Assembly (NCBI RefSeq): GCF_000008465.1
Contig: NC_006512.1
Location: forward strand, 960,001-992,000
Length of the DNA stretch: 32,000 bases
Source: Idiomarina loihiensis L2TR
GTDB lineage: Bacteria > Pseudomonadota > Gammaproteobacteria > Enterobacterales > Alteromonadaceae
Direction of reading: 5' to 3'
Of this stretch, positions 6,446-16,132 are shown in pieces; position 1 is the first letter of the stretch, and each line of letters starts with the position of its first letter. Under the pieces are notes generated by a model, which saw nothing but the letters and a program-made list of their open reading frames with translations, had not been told where the DNA came from and ran no database searches. Made by a program: the position numbers and the translations under genes.

Positions 6446-7438
6446 CTACAGCCAGCGTTGGGCTTGTTCCCAGCGCTGAGTGCGTTTTAACTCTTCGAGC
6501 GACACCGCGTTCGACGACATTAGCATTCGGTTCACGCGTTGGGCACTTTCCGGCTCAGTGGCGGGTAAGTCAGCGTCCAATACTTGCACCGCTCCGGCTC
6601 TGTCATTGCATACCAATATCATGTCACAGCCAGCCTTTAGCGCCGCCACTGCACGCTGTTCCATATCTCCGGCAACGGTTGCGCCCTGCATAGACAAATC
6701 GTCACTAAAAATAGTGCCGTTAAACTGCAGTTCACTGCGCAGTATTTGCTGCAGCCAGAACTCGCTGAAACCGGCAGGCTGCGGGTCTATTTGCGGGTAA
6801 ATAACGTGAGCCGGCATTATGCCGTCTAGTTTCTGGATTAATGACAAAAATGGCTTTAAATCGTGCGCGCGAATTTGCTCTAAGGTACGGTCGTCTTCCG
6901 GAATGGCAATGTGGGAATCGGCCTGAACAGAACCGTGCCCAGGGAAGTGCTTGCCGGTGCAGGCCATACCGGCCTCATGCATGCCTTCAATAAACGACGA
7001 CGCCAGTTTAGAAATTTCCGACGGCACTGCAGAAAATGCGCGGTCACCTATAACGTCACTGCAGTCGTCTACGTCCAGTACCGGGGCAAAACTGATATCA
7101 ATGCCCACAGCCTGAACTTCTGCTGCCATTAGCCAGCCTAAGTCGCGCGCGGCACGCTGGCGCTCATCTTCATTTTCTATTTTTTGCAAAGAGCCCATAG
7201 ACGGAATGGCGCTAAACCCCTCACGAAAGCGCTGTACCCGCCCACCTTCGTGGTCTACTGCAATAAGCAACGGCTTAGCAGCAGCGGCTCGTGCCTCACG
7301 TATTAACTCCTGCAGTTGTTCCAGCGAGGCAAAATTTCGCGTAAATAGAATTAGTCCGTTTACGGCGGGTGCCGCAAGAAGTTTTTTGTCCTCGGCGGTC
7401 AGCTCTGTGCCCGCAATATCTATCATTAATTGTGCCAT
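6446..7438 (-). CDS. nagZ: Beta-N-acetylhexosaminidase NagZ
   Basis: MIDIAGTELTAEDKKLLAAPAVNGLILFTRNF, AVDHEGGRVQRF and KHFPGHG are GH3 NagZ motifs. The 330-aa length is typical. Confidence 0.9.
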   Translation of the reverse strand: MAQLMIDIAGTELTAEDKKLLAAPAVNGLILFTRNFASLEQLQELIREARAAAAKPLLIAVDHEGGRVQRFREGFSAIPSMGSLQKIENEDERQRAARDLGWLMAAEVQAVGIDISFAPVLDVDDCSDVIGDRAFSAVPSEISKLASSFIEGMHEAGMACTGKHFPGHGSVQADSHIAIPEDDRTLEQIRAHDLKPFLSLIQKLDGIMPAHVIYPQIDPQPAGFSEFWLQQILRSELQFNGTIFSDDLSMQGATVAGDMEQRAVAALKAGCDMILVCNDRAGAVQVLDADLPATEPESAQRVNRMLMSSNAVSLEELKRTQRWEQAQRWL

Positions 7439-7571
7439 AACAGCAGCTGTCTCATTTCGTTTTCAATAGTCAGCAGTTTGCCATGAGTTCAGTAAAGACG
7501 CCATGTTCCCTGTTTATCTTTTCGTCCGCTGTGCTAAATTAACATTATTACAACAATAAGAGAGACGTAGT

Positions 7572-8915
7572 ATGAAACTCGAAAAATCGCTTTTATGTAT
7601 TGGTATTACTTTGGCACTGTCTGCCTGTGATGGCTCAGACAGCGGCAGTTCCGGTAGTTCAGGCTCCGCTGGTGGTGGCGACAATGACTACGCGTTTTGT
7701 TCCGCTGAATATCAAAATGAAGAGTTTTTCGAGTACATGAAAGAGGATTACTTCTGGGCAAGTCAGCTACAGGACAGCTTAGACCCAGAGGCATTTGACG
7801 ACGTTTATGCGGTTCTTGAGGAATTGCGCGTACCGGAGGACACCTACAGCTACATTCTTACAGAAGAGGAATACAATGACCTGTTTGTCAGTGCGACTTA
7901 CTTCGGGTTTGGTTTTTCTATGGAGCAAATTAGCGCAAGCCGGGTGAAAATTCGTTTTGTTTATGACAATTCCCCCGCCGCTGCAGCTGGCATTGCCCGA
8001 GGCGATGAACTATTGGAAATAGATGGGCAGTCGGTAGCGGACTTACTTGCCAATGGGGAGTTTAATAACGCATTGGGCCCCAACGAGAGTGGCGTCAGTA
8101 AAAGCGTTACCTGGAGACGTCCGGACGGTAGTGAAGAAACCGAACTCTTAAGTAAAGTTGAAGTAGAAACCAATACCGTTATGGGGTCTCAAACTTACAC
8201 ACAAAATGGAGAAACGGTTGGTTACTTTGCTCTGGACTCATTCATTAACCGCACGGGTTCAGACTTAAACATGGCATTTGATCAGTTTGCCGCCGACAAC
8301 ATCGACCATTTAGTCATTGATGTGCGCTATAACGGCGGTGGTTTAATTCGTTACGCTAATCAAATTTCTACTCAGACTGCCGGCAGCAATGTGCTGGGTA
8401 AAACCTTTCTGCAATACCGCTTTAACGAGCAGAACAGCGACCAGAACCAGACACTCCCTTTTAGTTTGGTCGATGGTGTCGAGCAACTCGATTTAGACCG
8501 GGTGTTTGTGCTAACCACCGGCAGCAGTTGTTCGTCTTCCGAAATTATTATTAACTCGTTAAGCCCGCATATTGAAGTTGTCACCATAGGCGAACAAACA
8601 TGTGGAAAGCCTGTCGGTCAGCAACCTGCCGAACTCTGCGATAAAGTCACTTTTGCCATTAACTTTGAAACGGTTAACTCAGAAGGCGAAGGGAAATACT
8701 ACAATGGTCTGGCACCAACCTGTTCGGTTGAAGACCAACTGGTCGCTGACTGGGGAAGCTCAGAAGATCCACTAACAGCGGCCGCAAACACATACATTAG
8801 TACCGGCAGTTGCCCGGTAAGCTCTGCCAGCGCAGAAATAAAAAAGAGCGCTCAGGCGCGCTCTTTTGTTAAACCTATTCACAACATGAAGGATAAGCGC
8901 GAGTCCCTGCAGTAA
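7572..8915 (+). CDS. S41-family peptidase lipoprotein with a PDZ-like segment
   Basis: Lipobox LALSAC followed by a Gly/Ser linker. PDZ-like segment AAAAGIARGDELLEIDGQSV. S41 blocks VIDVRYNGGG, TTGSSCSSSEI (Ser nucleophile region) and GEQTCGKPVG (Lys region). Confidence 0.75.
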   Translation: MKLEKSLLCIGITLALSACDGSDSGSSGSSGSAGGGDNDYAFCSAEYQNEEFFEYMKEDYFWASQLQDSLDPEAFDDVYAVLEELRVPEDTYSYILTEEEYNDLFVSATYFGFGFSMEQISASRVKIRFVYDNSPAAAAGIARGDELLEIDGQSVADLLANGEFNNALGPNESGVSKSVTWRRPDGSEETELLSKVEVETNTVMGSQTYTQNGETVGYFALDSFINRTGSDLNMAFDQFAADNIDHLVIDVRYNGGGLIRYANQISTQTAGSNVLGKTFLQYRFNEQNSDQNQTLPFSLVDGVEQLDLDRVFVLTTGSSCSSSEIIINSLSPHIEVVTIGEQTCGKPVGQQPAELCDKVTFAINFETVNSEGEGKYYNGLAPTCSVEDQLVADWGSSEDPLTAAANTYISTGSCPVSSASAEIKKSAQARSFVKPIHNMKDKRESLQ

Positions 8916-8939
8916 GGCTATACGCAGGAACCCGATGCA

Positions 8940-8971
8940 GCAGCGGTTAATCTTTAACCGCTGCTTTTCTT
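8940..8971 (+). terminator. Rho-independent terminator of the S41 peptidase gene (overlaps the fadE stop codon)
   Basis: Perfect 11-bp stem gcagcggttaa / ttaaccgctgc with a 3-nt loop, followed by ttttctt. Confidence 0.6.
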
Positions 8972-11286
8972 ATGTCGCCTTTAGCCGTGTAAAACTGGTT
9001 GTTTTCGATAATACCGGGAGCAAAGCTGTCCACGCCAATGGCGGTTAAACGAAGCTCTTCAGTTTCTGCCAATTTTGCAGCCGTGTCTGCATCCACCAAA
9101 CCTTTTTCCAAAGCCACATCGGCAAGCTCTTTACCATTGAGGTTAGAGGATAATTCACCGCGTTTTTGCGCTTTACGCAGCGTTTTGTAAACCGACTTCA
9201 TTTCCAGCATAGAAGTAAAAGCTTTTTCCATGTGCCCTGTTGCATCACCAATACTGTCTTTCCAGTAACACAGGAAAGTATGGCGGTCACGAGTAACGCC
9301 CGGCTCCATCATGCTGACACTGATATCCTGTAAAATTTCATCAGACGGCTTTTTGAAGTGATTGCCCAGCGGGAATATCAAAATACGCATTACCCAAGCC
9401 ATAAAGCGATTCGGGAAGTTATCAAAAAAGCCATAGAACGCATCGGCAATGCTGTATAAATGGTGCTTCAGCGCATAATGAACGTAAGGTAAGTCGGCTA
9501 CCTGACGGCCTTCGTCTTCAAAGCGCTTCAGTACTGCCGAGCCCATATATAAATGACTCAAAATGTCACCTAAGCGGGCTGAAATCATTTCTTTACGTTT
9601 CAAATCGCCACCCATCATCAGCATAGAAATATCTGATGCTAAAGCTAAACCACGGCTCATACGACCCAGCTTACGATAATAATGAGCAGTTTCACCACTC
9701 ACCGGAGACTCGCCAAAGCGTGCGCCACTTAAGCCCAGCCATAAGCTGCCAAAGACGTTACTGGCGGCAAAACCGATATGCTTCATCAGCAGGCCGTCAA
9801 ACTCACGCATACCCTCATCTTCATTAGGGTTAGCCGCAGCTTTCATTTCTTTAAGTACATAGGGGTGACAACGCGTTGCACCCTGACCAAATATCATCAG
9901 GTTACGGGTCAGAATATTTGCACCCTCAACCGTAATAGACACTGGCGTCGCCATGTAGGCGTGGCCTAAATAGTTATGCGGACCTAATTGAATGCCCTTA
10001 CCGGCGTGAATATCCATTGCATGCTCTAATACCTCACGACCCATTTCGGTCATATGGTATTTAGTCATGGCAGTTACTACTGAAGGACTCTGTCCCTGAC
10101 ATAAAGCCGAAATGGTCAGACGACGCATAGATTCCAGAATGTAGTTGGTGCCACCAATTTTACCCATTGATGACTGCACACCTTCGAACATACCAATTGG
10201 CATGCCAAATTGCTGACGCACATAAGCGTAAGCACCGGTCATACGCTGAGTTACGTGGCCTGATGCAGCAGCCAGTGCCGGCAGTGAAATACCACGCCCT
10301 GCCGACAAACATTCAACCAGCATACGCCAGCCTTTACCGGCATAGTCTGAACCACCAATAATCCATTTCAGCGGAATAAAGACGTCTTTACCATAGGTTG
10401 TACCGTTCAGAAACGCCTGGTTCAGAGGAAAATGACGGTCGCCAATTTCAACACCTTTGTGCGATGTCGGAATTAACGCACAAGTAATGCCAATTTCTTT
10501 CTTATCACCTAATAAGGCATCCGGGTCGTAGAGTTTAAATGCCAAACCCAGAACCGTTGCTGAAGGCGCTAAGGTAATATAACGCTTCGACCAGTTAAGA
10601 CGAATGCCAACAACTTCTTCACCCTCGTGCTCGCCTTTACAAATAATACCTTCATCCGGAATAGCACCAGCATCTGAGCCAGCTTCCGGTCCGGTTAAGG
10701 CAAAACACGGAATGTCGGTACCATCAGACAGGCGTGGCAACCAATAGTCTTTTTGCTCTTTGGTACCATAATGAGTTAGTAACTCGCCCGGCCCCAGGGA
10801 GTTTGGAACCATAACAGAGACCGCAGCACTGATAGAACGACTGGCAATTCGCGAAACAATGTAGGAGTTTGCCGCCGGGGTAAAGTCGAGGCCGCCGTAA
10901 TCTTTACCAATAATCATGGCGAAGAAGCGTTCTTTACGCAGATAATCCCAAACTTGTTTAGGTAAATCGCGATCCTGCTGAACAATTTTAAAATCATCCA
11001 GCATGTCCAGCAGTTTAGCCAACTGGTTGTCGACAAACGCCTGTTCTTCGGCAGTGAGTTTAGGTTCAGGTACATCCAGCAGTTTTTGCCAGTCCGGACG
11101 TCCGCTGAACAGCTCTCCGTCCCACCATACATCGCCCGCTTCCATGGCCTCACGTTCTGTGTCAGACATAGGCGGCAAAATGCGTTTAAAAATAGCAAAA
11201 ACGGGTTTAGTCACCAGGCTGCGACGGATATCTCCGACTGCAAACACCAGTACCACTAAAACCACTAACAGAATAAAAATTTCCAT
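8947..11286 (-). CDS. fadE: Acyl-CoA dehydrogenase FadE (long, membrane-anchored type)
   Basis: 779 aa with an N-terminal hydrophobic anchor. Blocks PxMSDTEREAMEAGDVWWDGELFSG and FALTGPEAGSDAGAIPD, plus the overall length, match E. coli-type FadE. Confidence 0.9.
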   Translation of the reverse strand: MEIFILLVVLVVLVFAVGDIRRSLVTKPVFAIFKRILPPMSDTEREAMEAGDVWWDGELFSGRPDWQKLLDVPEPKLTAEEQAFVDNQLAKLLDMLDDFKIVQQDRDLPKQVWDYLRKERFFAMIIGKDYGGLDFTPAANSYIVSRIASRSISAAVSVMVPNSLGPGELLTHYGTKEQKDYWLPRLSDGTDIPCFALTGPEAGSDAGAIPDEGIICKGEHEGEEVVGIRLNWSKRYITLAPSATVLGLAFKLYDPDALLGDKKEIGITCALIPTSHKGVEIGDRHFPLNQAFLNGTTYGKDVFIPLKWIIGGSDYAGKGWRMLVECLSAGRGISLPALAAASGHVTQRMTGAYAYVRQQFGMPIGMFEGVQSSMGKIGGTNYILESMRRLTISALCQGQSPSVVTAMTKYHMTEMGREVLEHAMDIHAGKGIQLGPHNYLGHAYMATPVSITVEGANILTRNLMIFGQGATRCHPYVLKEMKAAANPNEDEGMREFDGLLMKHIGFAASNVFGSLWLGLSGARFGESPVSGETAHYYRKLGRMSRGLALASDISMLMMGGDLKRKEMISARLGDILSHLYMGSAVLKRFEDEGRQVADLPYVHYALKHHLYSIADAFYGFFDNFPNRFMAWVMRILIFPLGNHFKKPSDEILQDISVSMMEPGVTRDRHTFLCYWKDSIGDATGHMEKAFTSMLEMKSVYKTLRKAQKRGELSSNLNGKELADVALEKGLVDADTAAKLAETEELRLTAIGVDSFAPGIIENNQFYTAKGDIRKAAVKD

Positions 11287-11349
11287 GGGTATCTCCAGTG
11301 CACCATCACAATAAAAGTGTAGTCAAATCTCAAACTTACGACAGGTTGT

Positions 11350-11976
11350 TTACGCTTCTTCCAGCCCGCCGGAAACAAATGGGATCAAATGATCAATAAC
11401 ATCCTGCGCACCCACTTTTTGATTGAATTCGGCCTCAGCAATTTCAATCAGAGCTTGCCCAGATACCTGGGCAAAAACTGCTGCTCCCAGAATAAAGTGT
11501 AGACGCCAGAACATTTGTTGCTCATCCAAATGTGGATTCGCGCGCTTTAATAAAGCCATTAAATGCTGTAATACCTCACCAAACTCCTGCTGAGTGTATT
11601 TACGTAAATGCCCCTGAATTTCGGAATAAGCAAAGCCCAGTAATCTTAAAAAGATATCGGGGCCGTGTTTATTAACTTCGGTTAACTTTGCCAGAGGTAT
11701 TTTAAAGCGCTTAAACAATTCTTCCGTTTTTAACTCGCTCTGCTGCTCTGCCAGCTTTAACTGTTCTTCCAGAACCGGCATAAAAACAACCAGATAACGC
11801 GCCATTACGGCCTGAATAAGTGCTTTTTTTGAGCCAAAGTGATAGTTTACAGAAGCAAGGTTAACCCCCGCTTCCTGCGTAATTTGCCTTAACGAAGTCT
11901 GCTCAAATCCATCGCGGGAAAAGAGCATTTCTGCGGCATTAAGTATTTTCTTTTGAGTCGGAATTCGGGCTGCCAT
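11350..11976 (-). CDS. TetR family transcriptional regulator, PsrA-like (probable fatty-acid degradation regulator)
   Basis: The HTH region ILNAAEMLFSRDGFEQTSLRQITQEAGVNLASVNYHFGSKKALIQAV closely resembles my recollection of Pseudomonas PsrA. It lies directly upstream of fadE and is co-directional with it (63-nt gap). Confidence 0.8.
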   Translation of the reverse strand: MAARIPTQKKILNAAEMLFSRDGFEQTSLRQITQEAGVNLASVNYHFGSKKALIQAVMARYLVVFMPVLEEQLKLAEQQSELKTEELFKRFKIPLAKLTEVNKHGPDIFLRLLGFAYSEIQGHLRKYTQQEFGEVLQHLMALLKRANPHLDEQQMFWRLHFILGAAVFAQVSGQALIEIAEAEFNQKVGAQDVIDHLIPFVSGGLEEA

Positions 11977-11984
11977 GAAATAAA

Positions 11985-12011
11985 TAAACGCATGATTTAA
12001 ACATGCGTTTA
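11985..12011. promoter_or_regulatory. Perfect 10-bp-arm palindrome: candidate TetR operator and/or trkH terminator
   Basis: taaacgcatg-atttaaa-catgcgttta lies 9-35 nt upstream of the TetR start codon and about 80 nt downstream of the trkH stop. On the minus strand it is followed by ATTTATTT. Confidence 0.4.
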
Positions 12012-12090
12012 ATCTAATTCATGTCGTTTCAGCGTGCAAGTGTTCGCTGAATTTATTTTTGGTAAGAGTGTAAACCTTTTCAGGCTGCAC

Positions 12091-13584
12091 TTAGTGGCGC
12101 CAATAATGACGATGGAACAAAATAAGTACCGTCATAATTTCCAGACGGCCTGCCAGCATAGCAAAAACCAGCAAAAGTTTAGCTCCCCCGTCAAGGCTCG
12201 CGAAGTTTCCTGCCGGACCAATAATGTCGCCTAATCCAGGTCCAACGTTGCCCACCGCAGAAGCCGCACCTGATATTGCCGTCATAAAATCCAGATCAAA
12301 TAATGATAACCCCAATGCAATAACCGCTATCAGCAAAAAGTACATAAAGCAAAAAGCGACCATTGAGCCAAGTAATGAGTCATTTACCCGACGCTCCTGA
12401 TAGGTCTGGACACTGACCAGGTTAGGATGAATTAACTGGCTGAACTGTTTTCTTAATAACAGCTGCGACAACTGAAAACGAAAAATTTTCATACCGCCGG
12501 AAGTTGAGCCGGTGCAGCCGCCAATAAACATTAAGTAGAAGAAAGCCATTAACGACCAACTTCCCCAGTTTCCGTAATCTTCGGTTGCGTAACCGGTTGT
12601 GGTCACAACTGACACGACATTAAATGCCGTATGCATTAATGCATCACCAAGTTCCCGTCCTTTAACTATCTGAACCAGGGTAATCAACGCAATAGCAATG
12701 AGAAGGAAGGTAACAAAAGCCCGTACCTGGCTATCTTTCCACAATGGTCCAAAGTCACCTTTTACAAAGCGAATGTAGAGCACAAAAGGTAAGGCGCCTG
12801 CCACCATAAAAATAGTGCCCGTTATCACCAAAAATGGTGTATTAGAAAAATGCCCAAAAGACGCATCGTAGTTAGAGAAGCCTGCTGTCGCTATGGTGGT
12901 CATGCCGTGCACAAAGGCATCAAAACTGCCCATGCCGCCAATTAAATACAAGCTAATAACGGCAGCCGTCAGAATGAGGTAAACCCGCCCTATTGCCAAA
13001 ACCATATGGCTGGAACGTGGCATAAATTTACCCGACATATCGGAAGATTCAGCCTGGAACAGGCGCATGCCGCCAACTTGCAAAAACGGCAAAATGGCCA
13101 TAGCCATAACGATAATTCCGATTCCGCCCAACCATTGCAACATAGCCCGCCACAACAGAACACTCGCGGGCAAGTCGTCCAGCCCCGAGATAACGGTGGC
13201 TCCGGTAGTTGTAATGGCTGACATGGCTTCAAACCAGGCACTGGAGAAGTCCAGATAAGGTCGAGCAAAAATAAACGGCAAGGTGGCGAATAAGCTGGCC
13301 GAAACCCAGCATAAGGAGGTCAACAGAAAAACTTGTCGTGCCCGCAGTTTGGCCTCACCCGCTGGCTGCAAAAACAGAAGCAAACCAAAAACCAGACCCA
13401 GGCTGGATAATGTCAGGTAAGTCCACTGCTCTTTTTCGCCACTAACCACCGCCATAACAAAGGGCGCCAGCAAGGCGATAGAAAGCAATGCAATGAGCCC
13501 GCCAATGGCTTTCAGCAATAGCTTAATAGCCTGACGCTTATCAAGCGGAGTCTGACGCAATGACTGGCTTGCCTGCATTGACAT
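12091..13584 (-). CDS. trkH: Trk-type potassium uptake protein TrkH
   Basis: Polytopic protein with selectivity-filter-like repeats TTTGATV, ATAGFSN, TTTGYAT and NVGPGLG. The segment LQWLGGIGIIVMAMAILP parallels E. coli TrkH. Confidence 0.88.
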   Translation of the reverse strand: MSMQASQSLRQTPLDKRQAIKLLLKAIGGLIALLSIALLAPFVMAVVSGEKEQWTYLTLSSLGLVFGLLLFLQPAGEAKLRARQVFLLTSLCWVSASLFATLPFIFARPYLDFSSAWFEAMSAITTTGATVISGLDDLPASVLLWRAMLQWLGGIGIIVMAMAILPFLQVGGMRLFQAESSDMSGKFMPRSSHMVLAIGRVYLILTAAVISLYLIGGMGSFDAFVHGMTTIATAGFSNYDASFGHFSNTPFLVITGTIFMVAGALPFVLYIRFVKGDFGPLWKDSQVRAFVTFLLIAIALITLVQIVKGRELGDALMHTAFNVVSVVTTTGYATEDYGNWGSWSLMAFFYLMFIGGCTGSTSGGMKIFRFQLSQLLLRKQFSQLIHPNLVSVQTYQERRVNDSLLGSMVAFCFMYFLLIAVIALGLSLFDLDFMTAISGAASAVGNVGPGLGDIIGPAGNFASLDGGAKLLLVFAMLAGRLEIMTVLILFHRHYWRH

Positions 13585-13588
13585 AGTT

Positions 13589-14446
<858 letters not shown>

Positions 14447-15718
14447 TTAACTACCGACAACTCGTAGAATCTGTCCGGCGAAATACGCCATATAGGTTCC
14501 AAGCGCATAACCCATTACCGCTAATAATACACCAACCGGCGCCAATGACGGATGAAAAGCTGAAGCAACAACCGGTGCTGACGCTGCGCCACCCACATTA
14601 GCCTGACTGCCCACAGCCATATAAAATACAGGAGCACGAAGCAGTTTAGCCACGAATAACATAAGCCCAGCATGGATCAGCATCCAGATAGCACCAATTA
14701 AGAAGTACTTAGGCGCCTCTACTATTTTGGTTACGTCCATATGCAGGCCAATGCTGGCCACCAGAATATAAACAAAAACGGAGCCTATTTTTGACGCCCC
14801 GGCGGCCTCCAAAGAACGAGCCCGGGTAAAAGAAAGTGCAATACCGCCAGCAGTGGCTAAAACAATGACCCAGAAAAACAGACTGTCCAGGCTGAACTTA
14901 CTTAGTGCAGGATAATTCGTTGCTATTCCCGGAGCTATCCAGTCAGCCAGCAAATGCGCTAACCCGGCAATACCGAAACCAACAGCCAGAATCAGCATTA
15001 AATCACGTAAGCTCGGGTTTCTGACATGCTCGGCTTCATACTGCTCCACTTTACGACGAATGTTGTCGATAGCGGATGTATCAGCGCCGGTGCGGGCATC
15101 AATTTTCTTAGCATTTGCTGCCATATAAAGCAGTACAGCCATCCATAAGTTGGCAACAATAATGTCTACTGTCACCATGGCTGAGAAAATATCACCGCCG
15201 ACTTCATAAACTTCTTTCATGGCAGCCTGGTTTGCGCCGCCACCAATCCAGCTTCCGGCAATGGTTGTCATGCCACGCCAAACAGCATCAGGGCCCGCAC
15301 CGCCAAGCATTTCAGGGAATATGGCAGACACCAGTAACAAGGCTATAGGTCCGCCAATGACAATACCAAAAGTACCGGTTAAAAATAGAATAAGAGCCTT
15401 TGACCCAAGACCCATTACGGCTTTTAAATCCAGACTTAGGGTAAGCAATACCATACAGGCGGGTAACAGATAATCCATTGCTATATCTGTTACGGCAGTT
15501 TGATTTCCGTCGACAATACCAAAAGTATTCAGCAAAGACGGTATGAAATAGCAAAGCAGTAAAGCCGGAACAAAACGATAGAATTTCTTGAAAAAAGGAT
15601 GCTCGCTGCTATTAGTGTAAAATACAAAACCAAGGATGGTCAGCAATAAACCAATAACAACCCCATCGTTAGTGATTAAGGCATTCGTTTCCGAAACAAC
15701 AGACTCAGGCGCTAACAT
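14447..15718 (-). CDS. Polytopic inner-membrane protein (DUF819-like by recollection)
   Basis: 423 aa with about 12 hydrophobic segments. It is tightly packed between sirB2 and kdsA (15- and 12-nt gaps). The family assignment is from memory only. Confidence 0.65.
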   Translation of the reverse strand: MLAPESVVSETNALITNDGVVIGLLLTILGFVFYTNSSEHPFFKKFYRFVPALLLCYFIPSLLNTFGIVDGNQTAVTDIAMDYLLPACMVLLTLSLDLKAVMGLGSKALILFLTGTFGIVIGGPIALLLVSAIFPEMLGGAGPDAVWRGMTTIAGSWIGGGANQAAMKEVYEVGGDIFSAMVTVDIIVANLWMAVLLYMAANAKKIDARTGADTSAIDNIRRKVEQYEAEHVRNPSLRDLMLILAVGFGIAGLAHLLADWIAPGIATNYPALSKFSLDSLFFWVIVLATAGGIALSFTRARSLEAAGASKIGSVFVYILVASIGLHMDVTKIVEAPKYFLIGAIWMLIHAGLMLFVAKLLRAPVFYMAVGSQANVGGAASAPVVASAFHPSLAPVGVLLAVMGYALGTYMAYFAGQILRVVGS

Positions 15719-15733
15719 AGGTACTCCTTTTAC

Positions 15734-16108
15734 TTAACCGGCAATAAGTGCTTGTTTGGACACAGCCACATGCAACAGGAAGGCTATCCAGCCGCAAGCG
15801 CCAATAAAACCAAGCCAGCGCGCACCAGCTGTTTTTCCTTTCATAGCTAAGACACCAAAGCCAATATAAGCAATAACACCTATGACTTTATCAGTTAACC
15901 AGGGAACCTGAATTGGGTACATGCTTAACGTCACCATGATACCCACCGCACTGAGCAACAATAAGGTATCGTTAACGTGAGGGACTATCTTCAACCACTT
16001 CTTTTTTAATAAAGGTGAGTCAAGAAGCAGAAGCACAAAACGGAATAAAAAAAGGCTGATCGAAATCAGCACAAATAATACATGCAGGTGTTTAAAAGCA
16101 GCGTACAC
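15734..16108 (-). CDS. SirB2/YchQ family membrane protein
   Basis: 124 aa with 4 TM segments and the N-terminus KHLHVLFVLISISLFLFRF. It sits between prmC and kdsA, as ychQ does in E. coli. Confidence 0.7.
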   Translation of the reverse strand: MYAAFKHLHVLFVLISISLFLFRFVLLLLDSPLLKKKWLKIVPHVNDTLLLLSAVGIMVTLSMYPIQVPWLTDKVIGVIAYIGFGVLAMKGKTAGARWLGFIGACGWIAFLLHVAVSKQALIAG

Positions 16109-16132
16109 AGTAACCTCTTATTTTTAATTTAA

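Noticed and set aside
10914-11314. ORFs 10914-11198 (-) and 11003-11314 (+) overlapping the fadE 5' region, plus similar small ORFs inside nagZ, trkH, kdsA, hemA, prfA, the GGDEF-EAL gene and others
   Set aside because: All are nested in, or antisense to, long ORFs with strong family signatures. They have no RBS or motif support and were treated as noise.
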